A stretch of DNA of 63,593 nucleotides, filler included, from Nitrospinota bacterium (lineage in GTDB: Bacteria > JAUXIQ01): NCBI GenBank assembly GCA_030620925.1. It is 8 parts of 8 records of this genome, joined end to end, with 100 filler letters (N's around TTAATTAATTAA, not from the genome) between each part and the next. Parts side by side here need not be neighbours in the genome. Positions count along the whole stretch, not along the records: positions 1 to 13,994 come from JAUXIQ010000014.1; 7 more parts are not named here. One strand, given 5' to 3'. The translations under genes were made by a program, and so were the position numbers. The number at the start of each line of letters is the position of its first letter. Position 1 is the stretch's first letter. The notes beneath the pieces were generated by a model. The model was not told the DNA's origin. It worked only from the letters and a program-made list of their open reading frames with translations, and did not search any database. Shown one piece after another: positions 1 through 9,397 of the stretch.

Positions 1-99
1 CCCCGGACTTGTCCGGGGGCATAAACCCGGCAACAAGCTACCGGGTTCGAACCCCGCGAAAAGCGGAGTCATCAAAAACCCACACACAAGTGAGTGGGT
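1..99. repeat. cluster of short palindromic hairpins (REP-like or IS200/IS605-end-like)
   Basis: CCCCGGAC-TT-GTCCGGGG, AACCCGG..CCGGGTT, CCGC-GAAAA-GCGG and ACCCAC..GTGGGT occur in tandem; ACAAG/CTTGT recurs at hairpin centres. Confidence 0.5.
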
Positions 100-252
100 A
101 TGGATGTAGCGCGTCTCACGGAATGACAGGTGATAAAGAAAACGTTTTCCTTTTTCCCCTGCGCTTGACAGTGCGCTTCAGTCGGTATAAAAGTAATTAG
201 TCCGCCAAAGCGTCTATTATGCAGCGTAATAAATAATACAGGGGGCAGTGCA

Positions 253-1425
253 ATGGAAAATTTCGAAGGCTTCGGGATGTCAGACGAACTGAAGATGATA
301 CAGGCCACAATCCGCAAATTCATGCAGGAAGAAGTGCTGCCCAATGAGATCGGGCTGGAGCACGACTCCACCGAGTTCCCTGAGGATATACAGCAGGAGA
401 TTTCTAAGAAGGCCAGGGACGCCGGCCTCTGGTGCCTGGGTGCGCCGGAGGAATACGGCGGGGGAGGGCTCAACGAGTTCGGTTTTTGCGTGGTCACCGA
501 GGAGATGGCCCAGTGCCGGGCCGGTCTTTATCATCCCGGATACGACGTCTTCGGGCGCTACCCGCCCAATATAATCTACGCCGGTAACGAGGAGCAGTTG
601 CAGAAATATGCAGTCACCACCATCCGGGACGGGCTGAAGACATTCTTCGCCGTCACCGAGCCCAGCGGAGGGTCGGACCCCGCGAGGGCCATCCAGACCA
701 AGGGTCGGCGCGACGGCGACAACTGGGTGCTTAACGGCTCCAAGATATTCTGCACCGGCGCCGGAGAAGCGGAATGGGGGGTGGTATTCGTTCGCACAAA
801 CCCTGACAAGGGCCGCCAGGGGATAAGCTGCTTTATTATAGAGAAAAACACTCCCGGCTTCACTCCACACGTTTTCGAGGTCATGCGCTCGACTACCGCT
901 TACGAGATCGCCATTGAGGACTGCGTGGTGCCACAGAGCCAGATGCTGGGGAAAGAGGGTGAGGGGCTCGACCTGACCCTGCGCCTTCTCACCAAGAACC
1001 GCTTCCACTACTCCGCCGCCAACATCGGCGTTTGCGTGGCCGCCCTGAGCCAGGCCGCCGAGCACGTAAAGCAGCGGGAAACCTTCGGGAAGCTTTTGAG
1101 CGAGCGCCAGGCCATACAGTGGATGCTTGCCGATTCGGAGGTTGAGGTGCGTGCCGCCCGCTGGCTTACCTGGGAGGGATGCTGGAAGCACGACAGGGGT
1201 GAGGACTACCGCATCGAGGCGTCCATCTGCAAGCTCTACAGCGGAGACGTCCTGTGGAACGTTATCGACCGCTGTGTGCAGATGTTCGGCGGCTACGGAC
1301 TGGCCAAGGAGTACCCCTTCGAACGCTGGCTCAGGGAGGCCCGCTTCAGGCGCATAGGCGAGGGCCCCTCCGAGGTGCACCGAATGGTCATCTCCAGAGG
1401 TCTGATCAAGGGATATATTAACTAA
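253..1425 (+). CDS. acyl-CoA dehydrogenase
   Basis: AVTEPSGGSD, LNGSKIF, RETFGK, QMFGGYG and RIGEGPSEVHR motifs. Confidence 0.95.
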   Translation: MENFEGFGMSDELKMIQATIRKFMQEEVLPNEIGLEHDSTEFPEDIQQEISKKARDAGLWCLGAPEEYGGGGLNEFGFCVVTEEMAQCRAGLYHPGYDVFGRYPPNIIYAGNEEQLQKYAVTTIRDGLKTFFAVTEPSGGSDPARAIQTKGRRDGDNWVLNGSKIFCTGAGEAEWGVVFVRTNPDKGRQGISCFIIEKNTPGFTPHVFEVMRSTTAYEIAIEDCVVPQSQMLGKEGEGLDLTLRLLTKNRFHYSAANIGVCVAALSQAAEHVKQRETFGKLLSERQAIQWMLADSEVEVRAARWLTWEGCWKHDRGEDYRIEASICKLYSGDVLWNVIDRCVQMFGGYGLAKEYPFERWLREARFRRIGEGPSEVHRMVISRGLIKGYIN

Positions 1426-1476
1426 GTAAGTTTCAGAGCACTTCAGGGGAGCTTGATGAACCCCTCGGATATACAA

Positions 1477-1512
1477 GGGCCGCCTTCCTCGTTTCCTTTA
1501 AGAAGGCGGCCC
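1477..1512. terminator. stem-loop between convergent genes
   Basis: GGGCCGCCTTC...GAAGGCGGCCC inverted repeat. Confidence 0.55.
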
Positions 1513-1564
1513 ATTATATATTAAGCTGGATTCCGTCGGCTAAAATAAAATGAACGCAAGGGCG

Positions 1565-2929
1565 TCATTCTATTTGGACCCAGGATAACAGCTTGCCTGT
1601 TAGCGGGCCGTATTTGGGAGGGTTGTTATTGTCATAAACGATGGAGATATTTCCGGCCAAGGGGCTGAGTGAAAACCCGTCAGTGGCTATTATAGGGCCG
1701 TAAAGGGTCTTATTGCCACCACCGCCGAAATCGAAATAGGTAGCTGTGTAGACACCGAGCTGATTGGTCGGGCTGCCGATTTGGATGTTCCCCCTGAAAT
1801 AGATTTCCGCGTTTGCTACCGCTGCCACACCCTCGAGGTCTATATGGCCCTGTATATTGGTATTCGTATAGAACTCTATGCTGCCAGAAGCCAGAACCAC
1901 CCCATTCCAGGGTTGATCCACACTTACCGTTACATTCCCATCAATGTAAACTACCCCCTTCAGAGGTTGGATGGCGACACTGCCGGGGCAGCCTCCACTA
2001 TACTCTATATTGACCGTAGTCGCTGCATCAGGCGGCGCCCTGTAGAGGAACAGGCATTCTGTTCCGTCCATGCTTTCATACAGGTCCCCTGCGCCTCCGG
2101 GCGGTCTGCCGGCGACGGTCATGATATTGAGTATATCTATTACCAGATTGCTGGCGATCGACCTGTAATATTCCGCGCTGACAGGAGGGATATCCTCCAC
2201 CTGCGCGTTGCCACTGCCGGTGGTTCCCCCGCCGACCAGGTTGACTTCTCCTGTAAAGGTCTCGGAAGCGGTGACTGCCCCCTCGGAGATATCCGCATTA
2301 CCGAGACTTGTAAAGTTGCTGTTGGTGTGGATGGACGGCTGAGAACCTGTGACTGAGATGCTGCCTTGCAGGGTAATGTCGCCGCCGGAGAGAATGGCGT
2401 ACTTCGGCTCGTAGGACACCTTTTTATAGAGGCCCTTAATGGTGGATATAGAGCGCGGGTTTCCGGCACCGTCTTCTATCCACCCTCTGGAAATCAGTAT
2501 TACCCCCAGGTCTTCATCAAAATCGTTGCCCACGATAGTGTCGTTGGACGGGCCGGTAACGTATCCCGCGTCATCGTTATCGGCGAGCCAGACCTTGAAT
2601 TTTCTCTTGTCGCTTACCGTGATGGTGTTAATCCACCTGTGTATGTCGTAGCTGGTGGAGTTAATTGTCATTGTCTCCACGGGGTAGGCGGCAGTAAGCT
2701 CTTCGTCTTGAAAACCGTCGTTTTCGTCTAATTTCAACAGTGCCGCACCCTCGTTTAGACCCGCATCGGCCAGGTGGAGCGATACACGCTTCAACCTGCT
2801 GTTGGTAATCTGCTGTTGCTTTTCAACAGACATATTGAGACTCAAAATCCCTATAGTCAACAGCGGACCCAATATGAACATGACAAGCAACATCGATATT
2901 CCTTGTTCTTTGGATTCATACTGTTTCAT
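1565..2929 (-). CDS. PilX-like N-terminal domain protein with beta-rich C-terminus (copy 1)
   Basis: KEQG|ISMLLVMFIL prepilin-like leader, SLHLADAGLNEG PilX-type helix, repeated GxIxxxG strands, ends LLSWVQIE. Confidence 0.7.
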   Translation of the reverse strand: MKQYESKEQGISMLLVMFILGPLLTIGILSLNMSVEKQQQITNSRLKRVSLHLADAGLNEGAALLKLDENDGFQDEELTAAYPVETMTINSTSYDIHRWINTITVSDKRKFKVWLADNDDAGYVTGPSNDTIVGNDFDEDLGVILISRGWIEDGAGNPRSISTIKGLYKKVSYEPKYAILSGGDITLQGSISVTGSQPSIHTNSNFTSLGNADISEGAVTASETFTGEVNLVGGGTTGSGNAQVEDIPPVSAEYYRSIASNLVIDILNIMTVAGRPPGGAGDLYESMDGTECLFLYRAPPDAATTVNIEYSGGCPGSVAIQPLKGVVYIDGNVTVSVDQPWNGVVLASGSIEFYTNTNIQGHIDLEGVAAVANAEIYFRGNIQIGSPTNQLGVYTATYFDFGGGGNKTLYGPIIATDGFSLSPLAGNISIVYDNNNPPKYGPLTGKLLSWVQIE

Positions 2930-3128
2930 GGGACTGTCCTTCCCCCTTTTTTAAACTCGATTATTGAGGCTCGTTCGTTTCAAAAGCCTCAGTTTTTTCC
3001 CCTTTGCTGCCTTGGGGAAACCCGATGTTCCTTTTCCTTTAAGGATATGAGCAGTATTTCCGCTGAACGCCTATTTCAGCGGTTCTTATCGCCATCTGAT
3101 GGATATATGGATATTGAGAATAAACCAT

Positions 3129-3165
3129 AAAAAAAAGCTCGCTTCCACAAAAGGGAAACGAGCTT
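3129..3165 (-). terminator. intrinsic terminator (riboswitch expression platform)
   Basis: minus strand AAGCTCGTTTCC-CTTTTGT-GGAAGCGAGCTT followed by a T run, ~15 nt after the aptamer. Confidence 0.8.
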
Positions 3166-3179
3166 CCAGTTCCACCTTT

Positions 3180-3269
3180 CGTTTAGCAGCCCCGCTACCC
3201 TATCCACCTTTGGTAGACTTAGACCGGAAGCTTTGCGCCCCTGCCTTTCAGCAGGTTTGCCCTTCAACG
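3180..3269 (-). promoter_or_regulatory. c-di-GMP-I (GEMM-I) riboswitch aptamer
   Basis: minus strand GGGCAAACCTGCT-GAAA-GGCAGGGGCGCAAAGCTTCCGGTCTAAG...GGTAGCGGGGCTGC matches the GEMM-I consensus; CGTT/AACG could form P1. Confidence 0.88.
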
Positions 3270-3326
3270 TCTCAAGCTGATATGCAGTTACTATCTCTTG
3301 CATATCAGTTATTTCTTATTTATTAC

Positions 3327-3391
3327 ACTATAGTGTGCCGGTTGGAAATTGTCAAGAAAATAATTGACACATAACCACGTATAGTTATGAT
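3327..3391. promoter_or_regulatory. divergent sigma70-type promoters with CATAAC-N8-GTTATG inverted repeat
   Basis: minus strand TTGACA-17-TATAGT faces the riboswitch; plus strand TTGACA-16-TATGAT; inverted repeat at 3370-3389. Confidence 0.55.
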
Positions 3392-3750
3392 TTAATAGGG
3401 AATAATTCTCTTTTGAGCGGCGGTGATTATACCTCAAAAATTGCTACTTATAAGCCTCATATCGCATTTAATTAGAGCGCGGCCAGCGGGATGAAGAAAA
3501 TGGTTCAGGTAGTCGCGTCACTCTATTTTAGCCCGGGATATGAGTATCCCGGTGAGGGGGCCGTTTGGAGGTGGTTTTACCCTGTCGTGATAGATTTGGG
3601 CCTGCGAACTACCCCCAGAATTAGTTTGGTGGTTCGGCTGCCGTCACACGCCGGTCACGGACGGCAAAACGGATTGAATACAGATATAGCTTGTGCTATT
3701 CTTCATCCACGATCTTGGAGTGTTTTATCGTTTAGGTTAGGGGGTGGATA

Positions 3751-4659
3751 ATGAGTTTACAGCTACCTCAGTCGGTTACAGTGGTTGAACAGGGCCCCAG
3801 GGACGGTTTTCAGAACGAGAAGGAAGTAATACCCACCGAGGAGAAGGTGAGGATAATAGACGCTCTGTCAGATACGGGGCTCAAAGCAATGCAGGTGACC
3901 TCCTTCGTGCATCCCAAGTGGGTGCCCCAGCTCGGAGACGCCGAGGAAGTTTTAAAACGCATGAAACGGGCTGAAGGGATTAAATATTCCGCCCTGGTAC
4001 TCAATGAAAAAGGGCTGCAGCGAGCCATAGAAAGTGAAATCGGGACTATCGATGTGGGCGTTTCGGCCAGCGAGACCCACAGCCGAAAAAACGTGAACAT
4101 GACCGTCCAAGAAGGATTGGACCGCATCCTGGGCGTAATAGAGGCCGGGAAGGAGGCGGGTCTGAGTGTCAGGGCGGGGGTGATGTGTTCTTTCGGCTGC
4201 GTATTTGAGGGTAACGTCCCCATGGAGAACGTCCTGCGCATCGCCTCATCGTTCCTGTCCGCGGGAGCGGAAGGAATCGGCCTGGCGGATACCACGGGCA
4301 TGGGGAATCCCGCCGATGTTTATGAGTTGTTTTCGAGGCTCATCGATATAGCGGACGGGGTGCCGGTATCGGCCCACTTCCATAACACCAGGGGTTCAGG
4401 TCTGGCCAACGTGCTGGCGGCGATGCAGGCGGGCTGCAACGTTTTTGACGGCGCTATCGGTGGATTGGGGGGGTGTCCCTTCGCTCCGGGTGCAACGGGC
4501 AACGTCGCCACCGCCGACCTGGTCAACATGTTCCATGAAATGGGTATAGAGACGGGAATCGACCTGGAGAAACTGGTTGAATGCGCCCGAATGGTGGAGT
4601 CCATTCTGGGCAAAGAGCTTCCGGGGCAGGTCTTGCGTGCGGGACCGGTGAAACATTGA
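3751..4659 (+). CDS. hydroxymethylglutaryl-CoA lyase family
   Basis: EQGPRDGFQNE, HFHNTRG and GGLGGCPFAPGATGN motifs. Confidence 0.92.
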   Translation: MSLQLPQSVTVVEQGPRDGFQNEKEVIPTEEKVRIIDALSDTGLKAMQVTSFVHPKWVPQLGDAEEVLKRMKRAEGIKYSALVLNEKGLQRAIESEIGTIDVGVSASETHSRKNVNMTVQEGLDRILGVIEAGKEAGLSVRAGVMCSFGCVFEGNVPMENVLRIASSFLSAGAEGIGLADTTGMGNPADVYELFSRLIDIADGVPVSAHFHNTRGSGLANVLAAMQAGCNVFDGAIGGLGGCPFAPGATGNVATADLVNMFHEMGIETGIDLEKLVECARMVESILGKELPGQVLRAGPVKH

Positions 4660-4695
4660 TGGCCTTAGAGGGAAATATTAACATGGGGGGATGTC

Positions 4696-6384
4696 ATGGC
4701 TCAGGTTACCGGCGCTGAGGCACTCATAAATACCCTTAAAGCTCAAGGTGTGCAGCACATCTTTGGCTTACCCGGCACTACGGTGGTGCCGCTGCTGGAT
4801 GCGTTGGCGGGCAGGGAGGACGTCAAATATATTCTGAGCCTGCATGAGAACAGTGTGATGTCCATGGCCGAGGGCTACGCCCGGGCCACGGGCGGCCCGG
4901 CTTTCGTGAGCATCCACATGATACCCGGCACGGCAAACGCCCTGGGCTGCATGTACAGCGCCCAGCGCGACGGGGTGCCGCTGGTAGTCCTCGCCACCGA
5001 CCAGGATTCCCGCATCAGCGGCCGCGACACCTTCACCGAGACGTCGGACATGGTGGAGATAAACAACCAGTTCACCAAGTGGAGCTGGTGTGTGCCCCGG
5101 GCCGAGCGCATCCCCGAGGCTTTGAACAGGGCCTTCAAGACGGCCGCCGCCCAGCCCCCCGGCCCCGTTTACCTGACCATGCCCAAGAACCTGTTGGCAG
5201 AGAAGATAGAATACGGCAATACAGCCCTGGACGGGCAGAGGTTGAGCACACGGCTGGAGCCGGACCCCGAACAGATACATAATGCGGCTCGATATCTGTT
5301 ATCCGCAGAGCGGCCCATATCCGTGGCCGGATACGGTGTGATGACCGACGGCGCGCTGGAGGAGATGGTGGAGCTGGCCGAACTCCTGGCCATGCCCGTA
5401 TACATGGAGCCCTTTCACCCCTACCTGACCTTTCCACACAGGCACGAGCTCTTCTTCGGCCCTTACCGGCCGAACGCACCCGTCCAGGAGTCGGCAGACC
5501 TGATGTTCGGCGTGGGAGGAAGATTGTTCGTGGAGTTCGATTATTCGCCGACGCCGATGATTCCTGAGGGATTAAGGCTCATACACATGAACGTGGACCC
5601 CTGGGAAGTGGGCAAGATATTTCCCACCGAGGTGGGAATAGTGGCCGACGCCAAAAGCGGGCTGGCGGCGTTGATCGATGGAGTGAAAGAGCTGATGGAC
5701 GCCGGCGCCAGGGAGAGGATTCAGTTGCGCTCCGAACACCTCAGGGAACGCAAGAAGGAGAAGGACGCCTCCCTGGCCCAGGAGCTTAAAAATGGCTGGG
5801 ACGATGCTCCCCTCAAGCAGTGGCGTATGACCGCCGACCTGGTGCAGGAGATGGGCGAGGAGACGGTATTGGTCAACGAGAGCGTTACCGCCTCGGGCTA
5901 CTTCTTTGATTATCCCCGCCAGGAGCTCTATTTCGCCAACTCCTGCGGTTTCCTGGGCTGGGGCCTGGGCGCGGCGGTGGGCGTTAAGCTGGCCATGCCG
6001 GAGCGGAAAGTGGTGGCCTGCGTGGGGGACGGCAGTTTCGTTCTGGGCATGCAGTCGCTCTGGTCTTCGATGAGGTACAACCTCCCCATCACCGTGGTGG
6101 TCGTTAACAACGGCACTTATGTTGCAGTTAAGGGAGCTCTTAACCTGCACGGGGGAAAGGCGGCCCAGCAACCCGATACGCTGGGCCTGGGGAGCGACCT
6201 GGGGAGCCCTGACGTCGATTATGCAAAAATAGCCGAGGGCTTCGGCGGAGTGGGGGAGCGCGTGGAGAAACCTGAGCAACTGCGTCCGGCAATACGGCGG
6301 GCTCTGGACGCCGACAGGCTGGCGGTGGTGGATGTATTGGTGGACCCCAGGGAGACCGGCTACGGGCGGCCGCGTCTGCCGTAA
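4696..6384 (+). CDS. thiamine-diphosphate enzyme, benzoylformate decarboxylase-like
   Basis: IFGLPGTT, LHE..MAEGYARATG, and GDGS...NN ThDP motif. Confidence 0.88.
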   Translation: MAQVTGAEALINTLKAQGVQHIFGLPGTTVVPLLDALAGREDVKYILSLHENSVMSMAEGYARATGGPAFVSIHMIPGTANALGCMYSAQRDGVPLVVLATDQDSRISGRDTFTETSDMVEINNQFTKWSWCVPRAERIPEALNRAFKTAAAQPPGPVYLTMPKNLLAEKIEYGNTALDGQRLSTRLEPDPEQIHNAARYLLSAERPISVAGYGVMTDGALEEMVELAELLAMPVYMEPFHPYLTFPHRHELFFGPYRPNAPVQESADLMFGVGGRLFVEFDYSPTPMIPEGLRLIHMNVDPWEVGKIFPTEVGIVADAKSGLAALIDGVKELMDAGARERIQLRSEHLRERKKEKDASLAQELKNGWDDAPLKQWRMTADLVQEMGEETVLVNESVTASGYFFDYPRQELYFANSCGFLGWGLGAAVGVKLAMPERKVVACVGDGSFVLGMQSLWSSMRYNLPITVVVVNNGTYVAVKGALNLHGGKAAQQPDTLGLGSDLGSPDVDYAKIAEGFGGVGERVEKPEQLRPAIRRALDADRLAVVDVLVDPRETGYGRPRLP

Positions 6385-6417
6385 CCAGGATCGGGAACTG
6401 AGATGGGAGGGCAGGGC

Positions 6418-7245
6418 ATGTCATCTAAGGAGATGGATAAGCTGACCGCTCGGGAGGTGAGGGGAATAGTACGTGAGGGGAAATGGGTGCGGCCCACGGC
6501 GGGCCTGTCGAGAGGGTTCATCCAGGCCAACCTGGTGATCCTGCCCGCCCGTGAGGCGGAGGACTTTTACCGATTCTGCAAGGCGAACCCCAAACCCTGT
6601 CCGCTGCTGGAGATGTTTGAGGCCGGCTGTCCGGAACCCAGGCGTGTGGCCCCCGGCGCCGATATTCGCACCGACCTGCCGCTGTACCGCATATTCAAAG
6701 ACGGGGAGATGGTCGGCGAAGAAGAGGATGTTACTTCTTTCTGGCGGGATGACATGGTCTCCTTTCTGCTGGGATGCAGCTACACCTTCGAGCACCGTCT
6801 TGCCGAGGCGGGCATTCCCTTGCGCCACTGGGAACAGGGGTGCAACGTGGCCGCTTTCGTCACGGAAGTCCAGTGCGAGCCGGTGGGCATCTTCCGGGGA
6901 CCAATGGTGGTCAGCATGCGCCCGGTGCCGGAGGAACAGGTGGAGCTGGCGGTGCAGGTCACCGAGCCTCACCATCACAGCCACGGCGCGCCCGTGCATA
7001 TTGGACGGCCGGAGGAAATAGGCATAAAAGACATTTCCCGGCCCGAATACGGGGACGCCGTCGAGATAAGGGAAGGGGAGGTGCCGATATTCTGGGCCTG
7101 CGGGGTGACCCCCCAGGAGGTGCTCCTGAACGCCAAACCTCCACTGGCCCTCACTCACTCCCCCGGGTATATGTTCATTACCGATTTGAAGGACGACGCC
7201 CCTGTGAAACTTTTCGAAGCGCCGGAAGCATTTTTGAGGGATTGA
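6418..7245 (+). CDS. DUF1445 putative hydro-lyase (D-glutamate cyclase-like)
   Basis: QANLVILP, NPKPCPLL, FLLGCSYTFE, FWACGVTPQ and THSPGYMFITD; ATG at 6418 follows GGAGG. Confidence 0.88.
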   Translation: MSSKEMDKLTAREVRGIVREGKWVRPTAGLSRGFIQANLVILPAREAEDFYRFCKANPKPCPLLEMFEAGCPEPRRVAPGADIRTDLPLYRIFKDGEMVGEEEDVTSFWRDDMVSFLLGCSYTFEHRLAEAGIPLRHWEQGCNVAAFVTEVQCEPVGIFRGPMVVSMRPVPEEQVELAVQVTEPHHHSHGAPVHIGRPEEIGIKDISRPEYGDAVEIREGEVPIFWACGVTPQEVLLNAKPPLALTHSPGYMFITDLKDDAPVKLFEAPEAFLRD

Positions 7246-7331
7246 CAGCGGCCCCTGCTGATGGTAAGTAATTGTTGATTTGAGTGAGACACTTACATTT
7301 TAGCCGAGATTTTATAGTGGAGGGATTTTCT

Positions 7332-7796
7332 ATGGTTGATAAGAACCTTCTGGGAAAGGAGTTCCCCGGCCCTACGTGGGATATTGAGAAGGGGAAGATC
7401 GGGGAGTTCGCCAAAGCGATCGAGGACCCCAACCCTATTTTCTATGATGAAGCGGCGGCGAAAGCTGTCGGGCTTGAAGGGGTTCCCGCGCCGCTGACCT
7501 TTTTGGTGACGGAGATGTTTCATTTCGACGAAAGTATCTCCAGGCCGGATTACAAGGTGGATATGAACCGCGTCCTCGACGGGGGGACGGAGTTCGAATA
7601 CATCAAGCCGGTGCTTGCAGGAGACACCATCACCAGCAGCACGAAGGTGGTGGACATCTATGAAAAGACGGGCAAACGCGGGGGGACGATGACTTTCGTG
7701 GTGGCCGAGACCACCTATACCAACCAGAAAGGCGAGGCCTGCGTGAAGTCGCGAGGCACCCTGATTGAGACCAGCCAGGCACCCACATCGGGCTGA
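7332..7796 (+). CDS. MaoC/FAS1-like dehydratase N-terminal-type subunit
   Basis: IEKGKIGEFAKAIEDPNP, PAPLTF and VLDGGTEFEYIKPV. Confidence 0.88.
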   Translation: MVDKNLLGKEFPGPTWDIEKGKIGEFAKAIEDPNPIFYDEAAAKAVGLEGVPAPLTFLVTEMFHFDESISRPDYKVDMNRVLDGGTEFEYIKPVLAGDTITSSTKVVDIYEKTGKRGGTMTFVVAETTYTNQKGEACVKSRGTLIETSQAPTSG

Positions 7797-7813
7797 GAGA
7801 GGAGATACTGCAG

Positions 7814-8242
7814 ATGGCAGAGCTTTATTACGAGGATATAAATGAAGGTGACGAGGCCCAACCTCTGGCGATGGGTCCCTGCACCAGGACTCAGGTAGTA
7901 AAATACGCCGGGGCTTCGGGTGATTTTAATCCCTTGCATACGGACGAACTGTTCGCCATTCGGGCCGGTTTCGACCGGATATTCGCCATGGGCAAGATGG
8001 GTGCCGGCATGTGCACCCGCATGGTATGCGATTGGCTGGGCTTCCAGAACATCAAGAAGTACGGTTTCAGGTTCACCAGCCAGCTATGGCCGAATGACCT
8101 CATAACCTATAAAGGTAAAGTCGTCCGTAAGTATGAGGAAGGCGGAGAAAACCTGGTGGAGTGCGACATATTTGGTGAAAATCAAAACGGCGCCAGAACC
8201 TTGATGGGCAGCGTATTGGCCAGCTTGCCGTCCAAGAAGTGA
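7814..8242 (+). CDS. MaoC-family (R)-specific enoyl-CoA hydratase subunit
   Basis: YAGASGDFNPLHTD hydratase-2 motif. Confidence 0.9.
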   Translation: MAELYYEDINEGDEAQPLAMGPCTRTQVVKYAGASGDFNPLHTDELFAIRAGFDRIFAMGKMGAGMCTRMVCDWLGFQNIKKYGFRFTSQLWPNDLITYKGKVVRKYEEGGENLVECDIFGENQNGARTLMGSVLASLPSKK

Positions 8243-8273
8243 AGACGTTACCGGATAAGTAAAAGCAATGGTG

Positions 8274-8305
8274 GGCCGGGGCTGATACCCCGGCCCATCT
8301 TTTTT
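8274..8305 (+). terminator. intrinsic terminator
   Basis: GGGCCGGGG-CTGATA-CCCCGGCCC followed by ATCTTTTTTT. Confidence 0.7.
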
Positions 8306-8401
8306 AAGAAGCGGTGAGTTGTTATTAACGGCCGAAAATCTTTTAAGAGCTGATCCCCCGATAACGCGGGAGCTGATGCTTGGTGAAGAGGGAGGAATGA
8401 G

Positions 8402-9196
8402 ATGGATTTAGGAATTAAAGACAGGGTGGCTATAGTGGCCGCATCCAGCAAGGGTTTGGGCAAGGCATCGGCCATGGCGCTGGCCGGGGAAGGTGTGAAG
8501 CTCACCCTTTGCGCCCGGGGCGAAGAGGCCCTGAACGCCGCCGCCGATGAAATAAGCGGGAAAACCGGTGCAGAAGTTTTTAGCATGGCGGTGGACGTTA
8601 CCAATAAAGACGATATAGACGCCCTGGTAAAAGCCACCGTGGATAAATTCGGTAAGGTGGACATCCTGGTGACCAATGCCGGCGGGCCGCCGCCGGTGGT
8701 CTCTTTCCTCGACGTGACGGACGAGGGCTGGCGGGAAGGCATAGACCTCAACCTCATGAGCACCATAAACATGTGCAGGGCCGTCGTCCCCCACATGAAG
8801 GCTCAGAAGTGGGGCCGCATCGTTAACATTATGTCCATCTCGGTGAAGCAGCCGCTGGACGCGCTGCTCCTCTCCAACGTTTCACGGACGGCTGTGGTGG
8901 GTTTCTCCAAGACCATCTCCAACGAGCTGGCCGGGGACAATATAACCGTGAATACCGTCTGCCCGGGAGCCATCTTGACTGATAGAGTGAAGAATATGAC
9001 TCAGGCCAGGGCAAAGAACGAAGGCAAGACGCAGGAAGAGATTCTGGCCGCCTACACTGACATCATCCCCATGGGACGCATAGGCCGGCCGGAGGAGCTG
9101 GGTGGCATGGTGGCCTTTCTGGCCTCTGAGCATGCCAGCTATATTACCGGCACGGTAATACAGATAGACGGCGGGTTCGTTAAAGGTTATAACTGA
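8402..9196 (+). CDS. SDR oxidoreductase (3-oxoacyl reductase-like)
   Basis: AASSKGLG, TNAGGPP and SYITGTVIQIDGG. Confidence 0.92.
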   Translation: MDLGIKDRVAIVAASSKGLGKASAMALAGEGVKLTLCARGEEALNAAADEISGKTGAEVFSMAVDVTNKDDIDALVKATVDKFGKVDILVTNAGGPPPVVSFLDVTDEGWREGIDLNLMSTINMCRAVVPHMKAQKWGRIVNIMSISVKQPLDALLLSNVSRTAVVGFSKTISNELAGDNITVNTVCPGAILTDRVKNMTQARAKNEGKTQEEILAAYTDIIPMGRIGRPEELGGMVAFLASEHASYITGTVIQIDGGFVKGYN

Positions 9197-9234
9197 TACC
9201 GGCGAGGGATAACAAGATATTTTTCCGCTGTAGT

Positions 9235-9307
9235 GTAGGGGCGATCCCGCGTTTGGCGGGATTGTATTCGCCCGAATTTGTAGAGACAATTCATGAATTG
9301 TCTCTAC
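9235..9307. repeat. GTAG-type REP pair
   Basis: GTAGGGGCG..TTCGCCC at 9235-9273 and perfect 28-bp palindrome GTAGAGACAATTCATGAATTGTCTCTAC at 9280-9307. Confidence 0.75.
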
Positions 9308-9397
9308 GACAGTGATAATGTATCTCTCATCGCGTATACATTGAATCATTCCGCCGCAGGGCGGGAGGAAGCCGGGTCCACTTACGCGATTTCGAAT

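Noticed and set aside
3076-3303. 75-aa ORF on the minus strand
   Set aside because: Coincides with the riboswitch and terminator; no protein features
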